Source of the DNA: Rhizaria sp. SCN 62-66
Taxonomy: Eukaryota
DNA: 64,000 bases
Reading direction: 5' to 3'
NCBI GenBank assembly: GCA_001724265.1
Contig: MEDY01000110.1
Span: 1 to 64,000, forward strand
In this document: piece after piece, positions 33,809 through 45,683 of the stretch
Layout of the letters: each line of letters begins with the position of its first letter
Numbering within the stretch: position 1 is the stretch's first letter
The notes under the pieces: generated by a model
What the model was told of the DNA's origin: nothing
Seen by the model: the letters and a program-made list of their open reading frames with translations, nothing else
The model's database searches: none
Translations under genes and position numbers: made by a program

Positions 33809-34768
33809 ATGTCGACCGAAAAGAAGTCGGGTGCTCTCCCCTTCATCCAGGACCTTCTCCTTGGTGGAACCTCTGGCGTCATCGCCAAGACCGCCTGCGC
33901 ACCCCTCGAGCGCGTGAAGATTCTCCTCCAGGTCCAGGGCGCCTCCGTCAACGGCCCCAAGTACACCGGCTTCATGGACGCCCTCACCCGCGTCCCCAAG
34001 GAGGAGGGCATGGCCGCCCTCTGGCGCGGTAACCTCGCTAACTGCCTGCGTTACTTCCCCACCCAGGCCATGAATTTCGCCTTCAAGGAGCGCTACCAGC
34101 GCATGTTTGTCCGCCCCCGCGAGGAGGTTGGCTTCGCCCGCTGGTTCGCCGGTTTCCTCGCCGCCGGTGCCGCCGCTGGTGCCACCGCGCTCACTGTCTC
34201 GTACCCCCTCGAGTACACGTACACTCGCCTCGCTGCCGACTCCGGCGCGCACGGTGCCCCTGCGGGCGGCGCTGCCGGCTCGGGCCGCCAGTACAACGGC
34301 ATGCTTGACTGCATCAAGAAGACCGTCAAGTCCGACGGCATCCGCGGTCTCTACCGTGGCTACGGCCCTTCCGTCGCCGGCATCATCGTCTACCGTGCCG
34401 GTTACTTCGGTCTCTACGACTTCTCCAAGGCCTTCGTCATGCCCCACATGCCCGCCGACTCCGGCGCGGCCACCATGTTTGCCACCAAGTTCCTCATGGC
34501 GCTCACCATCGACATCTTCTCGGCCATGTGTTCGTACCCGCTCGACACGATCCGCCGCTCGATGATGATGATGTCCGGCCGCGTCGACCCGCCCTTCACC
34601 ACCTCGCTCGGCTGCGCCAAGTACATCATTGCGCGCGACGGCTTCAAGGGCCTCTACAAGGGCGCCTTCACCAACAACATCCGCGCGATCGGCTCTGCCC
34701 TCGTGCTCGTGCTCTACGACGAGCTCCGCACCATCTTCCTCCCCAACGCCCCCACCAACAAGCACTAA
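33809..34768 (+). CDS. AAC: Mitochondrial ADP/ATP carrier (SLC25 family), 319 aa, no coding introns
   Basis: KTACAPLERVKILLQVQ, LWRGNLANCLRYFPTQAMNFAFKE, GLYRGYGPSVAGIIVYRAGYFGLYD and YPLDTIRRSMMM. Three carrier repeats. Stop TAA. Confidence 0.93.
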   Translation: MSTEKKSGALPFIQDLLLGGTSGVIAKTACAPLERVKILLQVQGASVNGPKYTGFMDALTRVPKEEGMAALWRGNLANCLRYFPTQAMNFAFKERYQRMFVRPREEVGFARWFAGFLAAGAAAGATALTVSYPLEYTYTRLAADSGAHGAPAGGAAGSGRQYNGMLDCIKKTVKSDGIRGLYRGYGPSVAGIIVYRAGYFGLYDFSKAFVMPHMPADSGAATMFATKFLMALTIDIFSAMCSYPLDTIRRSMMMMSGRVDPPFTTSLGCAKYIIARDGFKGLYKGAFTNNIRAIGSALVLVLYDELRTIFLPNAPTNKH

Positions 34769-34980
34769 GTGAGCCGCCGTCAAAGGAGAGGAAGAAGGTC
34801 GCTGCGACAACAGCGTCTGCGGCAGCGACGGCGACGGAGACTGCGACGATGACGGCCTAACAACTTGCAACATCACGACATTTCCGCTTATCTTTTAGTG
34901 ATGGTGTCTGTGTGTGTAAGTATTTGGCGTCAATGTTGCCGTGCCAATGTCAACAGCATGGGTGTTGTTGTTGATGCGAG

Positions 34981-35002
34981 TGTTGTTGTTGTTGTTGTTG
35001 TT

Positions 35003-35046
<44 letters not shown>
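34981..35046. repeat. (GTT)n trinucleotide microsatellite downstream of the ADP/ATP carrier
   Basis: About 22 near-perfect GTT units with one GTT>ATT interruption. Confidence 0.95.
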
Positions 35047-35912
35047 CTTTGTCGTTTTGTTGTGACAACGACAACAACAGCAACGGTAACTGTGAGGACA
35101 CTTACTTATTCACGACTGAGCGAGTGTCTAAGTGTGTGTTGCTGCACTCTCGAGTATGCTCTGCGTTAATGGTTACTCATGGTGTGGCGACACGCGCTGG
35201 CTGCCTGTTCTGGTTTTGTTTCCCACTTATATTATGAGAAGAACAAGATCAACAGCGGCCGCCCCGTCAATCCCTGCTCACACTCTGACCCAGCCTCAGC
35301 CCCCCAGTTCTAGCTCAAACCCCGCACTTTAGTTTTGTTCAGTTCCAGTCACTAACTCAAAGTACACTGTAACTCAGCTTTATTTTATAGTATTTTTTGA
35401 TTTTTCCGTATTATTTTCTATCAGTGCGAGGTCTGATAATGCGTCTTTTGTATTCCGCAGTGTGTGGTGGTGTGTTTCATGGGCCTTTTGCCCCCGCCTC
35501 ACACACAGCTACAAGAGAAGACAAATGGGCGATCATGGGTATGTGTGTTTATCATGTTGTGAGAATGATTTTCTGCGTCAACCGATCTATATATGCGCAG
35601 TCATTCATTAGAATACAGGGTTATTAACATATTGCTTCATGATAAGTATAACAATGTATTTTTGTGTGTATTATTTCTTCTTTTTGTAAAGCAATGCGCG
35701 CTTCAAAGTTGCTGCTCCGTCTGCAACGACGAGGATACACAACAGGAAAGCGACTGACTTTGCATCAATCAAGTATGTAGCACAATACAAGATAGAAATG
35801 AGTAGACTATATCATACAGACCAAGAAAAACGAAATTTCAAAATAAAAGATGCATATTATGTAAAACAACTTCACTCTTCACACCGACAGCCACAAACAG
35901 CAAGTCGTTGCT

Positions 35913-38546
35913 TTAGTCGTCGTCCTCGCCCTCCTTGTTGGCCTTGGCGGCGGCGGCGGCGTCAGCGGCGCGCTTCTCCGCCGCGGCGGCCTCATCGAGC
36001 TTCTTCTGATTGACCAGCGGCGGGATGAGCGTGACGGTCTTGTTCTTGCCGTTCTCGTCCTGCACGATGAGCACCTTGTCAAGCGCGGCCTGCTCCTGCG
36101 CGGGCTCCAGGTCGTCGACGCTGGCCGCGTTCATGCGGCGCAGCGCCGAGGAGAGCTTGAGCACGGTCGACACGCCGCGGTCGTCGCCCACCGCGATGAT
36201 CGGGTCGCGCGGGTTGAAGGCCACGTGCGAGAGCTTCGAGGCCTTGGAGAGGCGGTGCTCGCCCACAGGCTCGTGGCGCGACGCCGCGAGGTCGTAGAGC
36301 TTGAGCCAGCCGTCGCTGGTGACGCAGGCGAAGACAGTGGACTTGTAGGGCGCCCACACAACGTCGCCGATGGGCGTGTGCAGATCGAAGGTCATGACGG
36401 CGTTGCGCGTCGTGTGCTCCCAGATCTTGATCGTCCAGTCGGCCGAGCACGAGATGAAGATGTTGGGGTGGAAGTGGTTCCACCGCACCGCGTACACGGC
36501 CATCGTGTGCCCGTCAAACGTCTGCGCAAGCGTGCTATTGTATGCCGTGTGGTATGTCGACACCGTGCCTTCCTCCGTGCCCACGACGAGCATCGGGATC
36601 GCCGGGTTGAAGTCGAAGCACGTGCCGCCACCGAGCGTCACGAGCGCGCGCTCAGGGTCAACGGGCGCGTTGGGCAGCGGCGCGGCCGTCTTGGCGAATT
36701 CGGAGGCGTCGCCGACGTTGCGCACGTTGCTGTGCGCGAGCTTGAGCAGCACCACGTCCTCCTTGTCCAGGTCCGTCTTGTTGACAACCCAGGAGCAGAA
36801 GTGACCGTCGGTGGACACCGAGTGGAACTGCAGCGGCGACTGCGCCGCCGTCCACGCCACCTGCCAGACGGGCCCCATGTGGCGCGAGGTCGGCGTCGAG
36901 GACGAGTACAGCGGCTTGTTGCCGCCCTTGCGCGCGTCAAACACGCACACGGAGCCGTCGTGGAGGCCGGCCACGAGCAGCGGCGACAGCGTCGGGTGCC
37001 AGTCGAGCGACATCACGCCCGAGGGCGTCTCGAACGTGTACTCGGGGTGTGCCGCGTTCTTGAGCGAGTAGCAGCACACGAGGCCCGTGCCGGAGCGCGT
37101 ATTGGTGATGAAGTCGTAGGAGCCGAAGCCGACGGCGAAGAGGTCGGGGAATTGCTTGTTCCACACCACGGCCGTGACCGTCTGGCGCGGCTTGGCCGCC
37201 TTGTCTGTCGTAAAGCGCCACAACGGCAGAAACGAGCCGCGGTCCGCGGGCGCCAGCGTGGTGACGGCCGAGAGCGACGAGCCCGACGAAGAACCGTCGG
37301 TCTGGGCGCCGCTGCTGGAGCTGCTGCTGCTTGTCGCGGCGGAGTCGCTGCCGCCGGCGCCGGAGCCCGGCGCCGCGGGCTGCGGGCCAGCGGGCGCGTT
37401 GGCGTTGGCCCCGGCGACGGCAGCCGAGAGCGAGCCAATGTTGTCCTCGAAGTACTTGTAGTCCCAGTACACGTGTGCGTCGGCGTTCTGGTTCACCGTG
37501 CGCTCCACGACCTTAAGAGCGCGCGCCATCGACTCGGAGAAGAAGATCGCGTCGGCCGACTTGGCCGAGGCCTTGCTCGCGCCGGCGCCGTGAACAGACG
37601 ACGACGCGGCGGCAGCGTCGGCCTCGGCAGCCGCGGCGTCGGCAGCGGCGCCCTGGTCTCCCGCCTTGCTCTCATCCTCGCCCTCGGCGCCCGCGGCGGC
37701 GGCGTCGCCGTCGGCCGCATCATCGCCCTGAGCGGCGCCCGAGCCGCCCAGCTTGAGCTTGCGCGAGTCGCGCTGCTCGCGGGCGTAGATCTGCGCGTTG
37801 AGGTCCGCCAAGTAGGCGTCGAAGATGGTCCACTGCGTGATCTGGCCGCCGTAGTCGTGCGTCGGCGCCGGCTCAGTGGTGACCTGGCGCTCGCGCAGAG
37901 GGTTGTTGGACGTCTGCATCGCGCGCTCATTGAAGTTGAACTGATTGCGCAGCGCGCGCTTCTTCTCCGCCGCGGCCGCCGCGGCAGAGAGGTTCGCGGT
38001 CGACGGGCTGGGCGAGAGAGAGGAGCCAGTGCCCGCGGACGCGGATGCGGCAGGGATGTCGGGGTCGCCGACCTGGGCGCTGGTGCTGACCTTCTCGCTG
38101 CGGGCCACGGCGGCGGCAGCGAGCGCGGCGGCCGAGACGGGCTCCTTGGTCTTGGTGATGCCTGCGGCGGCGTCGAGCGCCTTAGCCTCAGCGCTGTCGA
38201 CGTGGATGAGGTTGCCCTCCATCTGGAAGTGCACGGCCAGGTGGCTCACGTTGGGGTCAGGCTTGTACGCGCCCTCGCGGAAGTGGAAGCGCACGCCCGT
38301 ACGCGAAACGTTGGGGTCCGTGGCCGTGATAACCTTGGTGAAGACCTCGTTAAGCTGCTCCTCAGACAGGCCCTTGACTTGGTCCTCGGGCGCACGCTTC
38401 ATCTCCACGGGCTGGAGGTCAAACTCGCTGCCGTCGAACATAGCGTAGTCGTAGTTGTAGTCGTAGTCAAAACGCGCAGGGGCCGCGGGGGCTGCGCCCG
38501 CGTTCGCCTTGCCGGACTGATAGCCAGGGTTCGGGCGCGGAGGCAT
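35913..38546 (-). CDS. DNAI1: Axonemal outer-arm dynein intermediate chain 1 (IC78/DNAI1), WD40 protein, about 877 aa
   Basis: LRNQFNFNERAMQTSNNPLRERQVTTEP, LPLWRF, DLFAVGFGSYDF, YSLKN..HPEY, SGVMSLDWHP and WNHFHPNIFISCSADWTIKIW are DNAI1 motifs. Likely ATG at 38546 (MPPRPNPG). Stop TAA. Confidence 0.92.
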   Translation of the reverse strand: MPPRPNPGYQSGKANAGAAPAAPARFDYDYNYDYAMFDGSEFDLQPVEMKRAPEDQVKGLSEEQLNEVFTKVITATDPNVSRTGVRFHFREGAYKPDPNVSHLAVHFQMEGNLIHVDSAEAKALDAAAGITKTKEPVSAAALAAAAVARSEKVSTSAQVGDPDIPAASASAGTGSSLSPSPSTANLSAAAAAAEKKRALRNQFNFNERAMQTSNNPLRERQVTTEPAPTHDYGGQITQWTIFDAYLADLNAQIYAREQRDSRKLKLGGSGAAQGDDAADGDAAAAGAEGEDESKAGDQGAAADAAAAEADAAAASSSVHGAGASKASAKSADAIFFSESMARALKVVERTVNQNADAHVYWDYKYFEDNIGSLSAAVAGANANAPAGPQPAAPGSGAGGSDSAATSSSSSSSGAQTDGSSSGSSLSAVTTLAPADRGSFLPLWRFTTDKAAKPRQTVTAVVWNKQFPDLFAVGFGSYDFITNTRSGTGLVCCYSLKNAAHPEYTFETPSGVMSLDWHPTLSPLLVAGLHDGSVCVFDARKGGNKPLYSSSTPTSRHMGPVWQVAWTAAQSPLQFHSVSTDGHFCSWVVNKTDLDKEDVVLLKLAHSNVRNVGDASEFAKTAAPLPNAPVDPERALVTLGGGTCFDFNPAIPMLVVGTEEGTVSTYHTAYNSTLAQTFDGHTMAVYAVRWNHFHPNIFISCSADWTIKIWEHTTRNAVMTFDLHTPIGDVVWAPYKSTVFACVTSDGWLKLYDLAASRHEPVGEHRLSKASKLSHVAFNPRDPIIAVGDDRGVSTVLKLSSALRRMNAASVDDLEPAQEQAALDKVLIVQDENGKNKTVTLIPPLVNQKKLDEAAAAEKRAADAAAAAKANKEGEDDD

Positions 38547-39130
38547 GACTACCTGGACGCCTTCAACAGGAAGGAGCAGGGAGGCCAGCAAAGTGATTGA
38601 GGGAGAAAGACAAGTGGGGGGGACGGTCAGTTGAGGGCACTTGTTCGTGACAATAAAGTCGCCAAAAGAGGTTTTTCTTTGATGACCAAGCAAAGTAGAC
38701 CACAACACAATTGTAAATTGAATACTGCGCATGTCGACGTTGATATCGTTTCACAATTCGGGCGAATCTCTTGAGTGGCCTCGTCCCTGCACGGAAACGG
38801 TCGGTCGTGGTCGGCCAACCCACCCACAGTCACTTCCAGCCAGGTGACCGTGAGCGAGGACCGAGAGAGAGAGTCTCGCTGGCGGTCTGTGCGAGGGGGG
38901 CAGAGATGATATCGGTCTTGTACTTTGTATCCGGCTTTTTTCGGCAAATTATAGCGCACAGACGTTAAGGACGCTGGTTTCTCTTTTCTCATTTAATAGC
39001 TTTTGACATGCTATGCGATATCACGCGCTTTGTTGGTTGGCGGATTCCCACGTGGTTGCCCAACTTCCTCCCTCATGCATTTTGCCCTGTTTTCTTCTCC
39101 CCTGGCGTGTACTTCCGTAGTTTCTTGACC

Positions 39131-40091
39131 ATGTCTTCGAGTCTTGAGAACGTTACCAATGAGGAGCTCATGCACGAGGTTCAGCGCCGTATCGAGTGCT
39201 CGAAGGTGCCCGATACTCGTGTCATCTTCATCGGCCCTCCTGGCTGCGGTAAGGGGACCCAGGCTCCTATCATCAAGCAGAAGCAATGCATCTGCCACCT
39301 TGCGACGGGCGACATCCTTCGCGATGCCGTCGAGCACAAGACTGCGATGGGTCTTAAGATCCGGAGCATCATGGACACCGGAGGCCTCGTTTCCGACGAT
39401 ATCGTTGTCGGCGTGATCCAGGAGGCCCTCAAGCGTCCCTCGTGCCAGAAGGGCTTCATCCTCGACGGCTTCCCCCGCACTCTCGACCAGGCCAAGGCCC
39501 TTGATGAGATGCTTGCCAGTAGTCACAAGAAGCTTGACGCCGCCTTTGAGTTCGATGTCCCCGATGAGGTACGCATCGTAAGCTGCACCGCGCACTATCT
39601 AATTTCGCATTGCTTTGACAAAGCCCCTCCGCCAGTTAGTCACTTTGCATATCGCTGCATATCTTTGCATTTTCTTGCTCTTTCTTCCTTTCACTCTCTG
39701 GCATTGGTTTACTCACATCTTTTACCTTTACTCCCCATACTCAACTGCTTTTGCGTGTTTCGTTTCGTTTCCCCAGCTCCTGCTCGACCGCGTGACTGGC
39801 CGCATGATCCACATGGCATCTGGCCGCTCCTACCACGTCCGCAACAACCCGCCCCGCGTTCCGGGCAAGGATGACATCACGGGCGAGGCCCTCGTGCACC
39901 GCCACGACGACAACGCCGCCGCGCTTAAGACCCGCCTGGAGAAGTACCACGCGCTCACCGAGCCGCTGTTCGACTACTACAAGCAGCGCGGCATCATCGC
40001 CAAGATCAACGCCGACCAGCCCGTGCACGCAGTCACCAACGACCTCCTCAAGGTCGTCGGCGGCCTGCCCCCCAAGGCTTCCTCGCTCTAA
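39131..40091 (+). CDS. ADK: Adenylate kinase (AK2-type), 250 aa; exons 39131-39568 and 39777-40091
   Basis: P-loop [30 protein letters not shown] and LID region [23 protein letters not shown]...CAG intron (39569-39776) joins the two ORFs in frame. Stop TAA. Confidence 0.95.
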
Positions 40092-43000
40092 ACAATGAAC
40101 GCACGTGCGCTCTCTAAAAGCTTCGAGCAACGACAAGCTTCCAGTTATCAGTCCGGCATAGGTAGAACAGCACTAGAACCATTAAAACAGCATCTGAGAC
40201 GCCTATCTTAGCACAAACAAACTACTCTGCTGCATTTGTGTCCCTCTGTGTGAGAACTGTTTGCGCATGTTTACCCCTTGTGTTGTGCCACTGAGTCAGT
40301 CAGATGGCTCTGCGTGTTTTGTGTGCTCGCAGCTCTCTCTATCTTTCTCACATTCACAACACTCATTCACAACACTCTATGTTTTTTATCATCTCAACTC
40401 ATGTGTTTTACTGCGAGTCATGATGTGCTATTGTTGCTTTTGTTACTGCTGCTGCTGCTGTAGCTCCCGTCCTCGTCGTTTCCCAGTGGCTCTTATTTAT
40501 TGCTGGGGATGTCGACTCTCTCCGTGCCCTTGGTCTCTGAGCCGACCGGGGCACACTGGCTCACTGACTGCCGCAGCAGCAGCAGCAGCAGCTGCTGCTG
40601 CCGCTGCTCTGCTGCTGCTGCTCTGCTGATGTTATCTGTGCTTGCACTCACACTGACTGCATTTGATCTATTATCAACTGTGCGATGCTCCCACAGCTCA
40701 CTCTATTGCCAGCCTTCAATCAATCATTCATTAGTCTGTTCTGTCTTTCTTTGGTATATTGTGCATTTAGCACTATATTTTTCCTTACCCTTTGTCCTTT
40801 TTATTTTTCAACATCGTCGTCGTTATCGTATCGTCATTTTCTTTCTGATTGCCTTGGTGATGGTTGCTGTTGCTGTTGTTGAATTTATTATTATTAGTCG
40901 TGTTCACTCGTCCTATTTTCTCACTTGGTTTCACTCACGCACTCACGCATGTGTGCTGTGCGTGATTGTAAGTGAGGCTATCGGTGAGCTAGCTGACCAA
41001 CAACGCCGCAACACACAGCATTACACATGCTAACATCAAACTGACTTTCGACACCAAGCAAACAAGCCGACGCGACGTAACACGACGATGATCTGGCAAA
41101 CTCGCAACACAAACTGACTCACACACAGCTTGTTTCCGACGGAGTTGAGTTGGAATCAGCGACGTTGATGTGTGTGTGTGTCGATCTGCTATGTTGTGTC
41201 GAGTATGTTGTAGCCTGCGGAGGTATGTGCGCCGGAGTGTGCGTGCTTGCGTGGGGCCGCTGTGTTATATTGTATGTGCATGTATTAAGTATATCAATAC
41301 AAACTAATTTAACTTCACAAATGCGGTTGCAAAGTGGACTTAGTAGGATGTTAGGTCGATCAAATGCACTTTCAGGGACTCATAACACAAAGAGATGCTC
41401 ATCTATCAAACTCAATACTATGACACATGATAGTTCTAGATGCAATGCACTCGTACGTATGCATTTGGTGTGATGTGCAGCATTATCACGACGGGTAAAT
41501 TACATTGTCAGTAAGTTTACCAGGCACTTCGCGTTGCCCAGTCGACTAGTATGCATCCCGCAAGACTGCAGAGTCAATGATTCTCGACTTGATGCTTTAG
41601 TATCAATTTCAAAAAATTAGCAAGTAGAATATATCTGCGTTATTCACGGGTCCAATAGTTTTATGCGTGTCATCAATGATGCATTACCATCTTCGTGAGC
41701 TACGGCGGACGCGCCTGGAAGAGGACATATTATCAATGTCAATATCTGGGCAGCAAAATAGGCTTGACCGGAAGCAAGACCAACATTAATGAATACAAAA
41801 AACACTAAACTCCCGGACGCAAAACATCACACTCCAGAACACGAGCTCTATGAGCACCTAGTCGAAACATATCGGAATAAGCGGAAGACCGACTTCGCGA
41901 ACGCCAAGTCTCCGCCAAATTTTATCTTTGTAAACGGGCCGTCAGCGAGAATTTTACCGATACCAATATTGTATCCTCCAAATATCTACTGTAAGATGTA
42001 CTTGTATCTAACCAAAGCACGATTGTGTTAAGTTATCCTTGCACTTGCCTTGGCACGCCTGAGCGGTGCGTCGTCTGCTTTCTTCCAATGCATTTCGAGC
42101 GAGTATTTCGTCTTAATCATCAGCTGTAACGAAATCAGCAGTGCGCTTGCACTGTTAAGGCAATGAATTATTCTGACATCGACGTTTTATTTTATCGATT
42201 GTTTGTTCTGATGCAGATCCGGGCCATTTGTCACTTAACCGCCATCAAGAGGGACAAAACGACGACTCATTGAGGATGATTTTGAGATGTGAAACGCTAC
42301 ATAGAGGAAGATTGGAAGCAATATAGTCATCGCGTGCCGGGGATCTAGTAGGAATCCATGTTGAATGTGCAAATTTCAACAGAGGTCATCCAAAGTCTGA
42401 CGTTTAGCGTCGTCTCCCGAAGGTTTGGAGGGTGATTCTGGAGACCACGTTATGAAGGATAACTTCATAAGATCCGAGTGAACTCGACTCATTTCATACA
42501 ATTTCGGACAAAACAACAGGTATAATACATTAATCAACGTTACTTGCGAATTGAAAGCCATTTGAGTGAGGATATGCATCGTGATATGATGCAGGTCCTC
42601 TCAGCGTAACCATTGTGTCGGTGCTTCTTGCGCATATGCGTGTGTAAGTCGTTGATCACTGAGCAGAATACAAAGCGGAAGTCGCATGCGCGCTCGTGTT
42701 AAGCTTGTTACTCCAGCTACGGCTCACTTGCAAGGATCTGGTTGCCCGGGAACCCTCTCATTTCGACCGCTGCTGGCCAGAAGATAATTGTGCCAACGGC
42801 TATTTTCGCGAACTTGACCGTGCGAAAAATTGGCCAATGGCCTGCGTTTTGTGGTGCGTAATTAGCGCGTGGTACTTTTTCGCTCAACGGGACTGGGGCC
42901 TCGCTGGATTGCCCCCGTTTGGCACCTTTGAATCTTTCTATAATTTGCTTCCAACTTACCCTTGTTGACAAAGAAATTTATTGATTAGAGTAGAAGTTAA

Positions 43001-43490
43001 TAGTTGTAGCCTTTATCTAATTTGCCGAATGCTGAAGCGAAGACCTTTGTGGTGAATTATCCACATTCTTTGGTTTTGTCTGGGCCAGCAAGCTTTCGAG
43101 AAGCTTCGGTTCGTTTCACGCTTTCTCTTGCTTCCCCACATCGGACTTTCTGTCTTTTGACCTTGTCCGCGCGTTGGATCAAGATTCTCCTTTACGGTTC
43201 AATATTTGCATGTCAAGTTTCGTGGTCTTATGTCAGTCTTAATGTCATGACATGATGCAAGATACTTTCTGCCCCCCTAGTGGGCTTCCGTGACGCCTCG
43301 ACCTCGGCACATCATGCATGCTTTGTGGTCTCTCTTTACTGTGTCTATGCTCTTAAGCGCGGCCCAGCTTGAGTTCGCTCAGTCATTTACATAGTCTCAC
43401 TATTTCTTCCCTTTTTTATGCCCTTTTCCACCTTCATTTTTCGACCTTGACTACCTTGACTCGTTGCGACCTCAGTTCTTTTCAACCACA

Positions 43491-44259
43491 ATGGCTGTTT
43501 CCCAGGCTGCTCTCGAGCAAATTTACCTCAACGCTCACACCGAGCACGGCTTCACCGATGCCACCATCAGTGACGAGACCCTCACCAAGCTCTATGACGT
43601 ACGTTTTGACTCTCAAAGCCCTCCTTCCTGTCTCATGGTCTTTCTGACTTTTTGACTCGCCCCTCTCCTCTTTATTGACAAGTATCACTCAGTGTCTCAC
43701 AATTCTTGTCCCTCTCTTTATCTTCAATTTGTTCTGTTTTTTGTGCATTTGCGTTGCCTCGCTTTGCTTTCCTCCGACACAGCTCGTCGCCCTCGCCCCC
43801 ACCGCCTTCAACTGCAACCCTCTCCGTGTCCGCTTCGTGCGCTCCACCGAGGCCAAGGACAAGCTCGAGAAGACCCTGATGGCCGGCAACGTTGCCCAGA
43901 CCCGCGCCGCCCCCGTCACCGCGATCCTCTGCGTCGACAACGAGTGGCTCTCCAAGATGGACACCCTCTCCCCCAACTACGACGTCAAGCCCATCTTCTC
44001 CAACAACGCCGAGGCCGCCAAGGGCACCGGCGACCTGAACGCCCGCATCCAGGCCGGCTACTTCATCCTCACCGCCCGCGCTCTCGGCCTTAACTGCGGC
44101 CCCATGTCCGGCTTCGACAACGCCGCCGTCGACGCCGCCTTCCTCGAGGGCACGGGCCTCTCGTCCGTCGTGCTCGTCAACCTCGGCACTGGTATCCCCG
44201 AGAACCGCTACCCGCGCGCGCCCCGCCTCTCGTTCGAGGACGCCTGCAAGATCCTCTAA
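43491..44259 (+). CDS. rutE: RutE-like nitroreductase-family enzyme (malonic semialdehyde reductase-like), 194 aa; exons 43491-43598 and 43783-44259
   Basis: ISDETL..LY, APTAFNCNPLRVRFVRS.EAK, GN..QT.AAPVTAI, QAGYFILTARALGLNCGPMSGFD and PRAPRLSFEDAC are collinear with bacterial RutE over the full length. Intron GTACGT...CAG at 43599-43782. Confidence 0.88.
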
Positions 44260-45683
44260 GCGAATCAGCTGCTGATTCTGCTGAGAGCGAGCGATCCGCG
44301 CGCATTGTATAACGTACACAGTACACATACCCACACTATACCCATCACCGGCCACCGCGCTTTCGGGGTGCTCCACCGTGGCGCGCGGAGGCTGTTGCCG
44401 AACCTACGAGCGAGGTATCAGCGTTTGACGGTGATGCCAGTTGTTTTTCTCTAAGCGTGATCCGCGGTTATTCGTTTGATAACCGTCTCTATTATAAAAA
44501 CACGAGATCAAGTAGTTATAACACTCTTTTCGTTGTTGTTTCCAAACCTCAATACATCAACAACGATTGATCCATTGGTATTTTACAATTTATTTCAGAG
44601 TATTTGCACACATGAACGGATTATATCTATAACTCGTACGATGAATGGTCAAAGTAATACAGAGAAGTCACTCACACAACATGCGTACTCCATGAGACAA
44701 CCAGAACATACCAAAGCATTGTTTCTTATCACTCATCATGAAGCACATTTGATCAAGGAGTCAGTCTATTTCGATGAATCAATCTTTTCTATTGTAACGA
44801 TTATTAAGCTTGAGACATGACAATGGCTCGATGACAAGTAATGATCCTACTCGAGACACGTCAGTGATCACGTATGGCGATGAAGATTCAAAAAACAGGA
44901 ACAAACGACACGAGGGATGAAACAAAATAAAAAATCAGGGAGACAGATCATCATAGCATTATACGTACACATAGTTTACGTGAATAGAATACGGACAATG
45001 ATTCTGTGTGCAAGTAGTCGTTGCTGTGGCGTGTCTAATCATGAAATCGCAATGAAGACACTGAGGTTTGTTTGTGAATCAAGGGGGAAAAAAATACATC
45101 GATAAAATAATGAGTGGCAAATGTCGCTTCATTAAAAACTCGTCGTACTCGTCGTACTGATAGCCGTATTGTTGCGAAGATACACAGGGACACATACAGA
45201 AAAGAGGTGAGGAGAACACAGAAGAGCAAAGCCAAATAGCTCACTCACAGTTGCAGAAATAGAGAATAAAAGGATTCGTTACCGCGTAAAGATGCGTTAA
45301 ACGCAACAAAGCGAAGAAGATGACAAAACATTAAAGCGGTTGCGTTGTCCGAACACCACACGTGCAGTGTTCATACGAACAACACCAAAGCAGCCCAAGC
45401 ACTACGCTTGATGTTACGTTGCTATTATGAATGTAGTGGCTATAACAAGATAACGCTGTTAAAAACTGACACTACGTCCACAAATAGCAACAACATTGAT
45501 AATAACGAGGCGTTCGAAGCTCATTTAAAATCTCAAAAATGTCAAGTCAGATAAAACAGAACGCAGGATAGCGACACATTCGTACAGACAAATAGGGTAG
45601 CCGAATTACAGTTAAGCAACACCAGCATCTGTTACCGACATAACGCTACGGCGCTTAGAGACACCTTAGAACTGTTGTTGATG

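Noticed and set aside
36225-38600. 791-aa antisense ORF over DNAI1
   Set aside because: Antisense artefact of strong codon bias; the minus strand has clear DNAI1 motifs.
40573-40620. (CAG)n followed by (CTG)n forming a 20-bp palindrome (40582-40601)
   Set aside because: Simple-repeat juxtaposition in a genome rich in CAG/CTG tracts; no evidence of function.
2438-43251. GTCATGAC palindrome about 250-270 bp upstream of both CCDC57 and rutE
   Set aside because: Only two occurrences of an 8-mer; not enough to call a motif.
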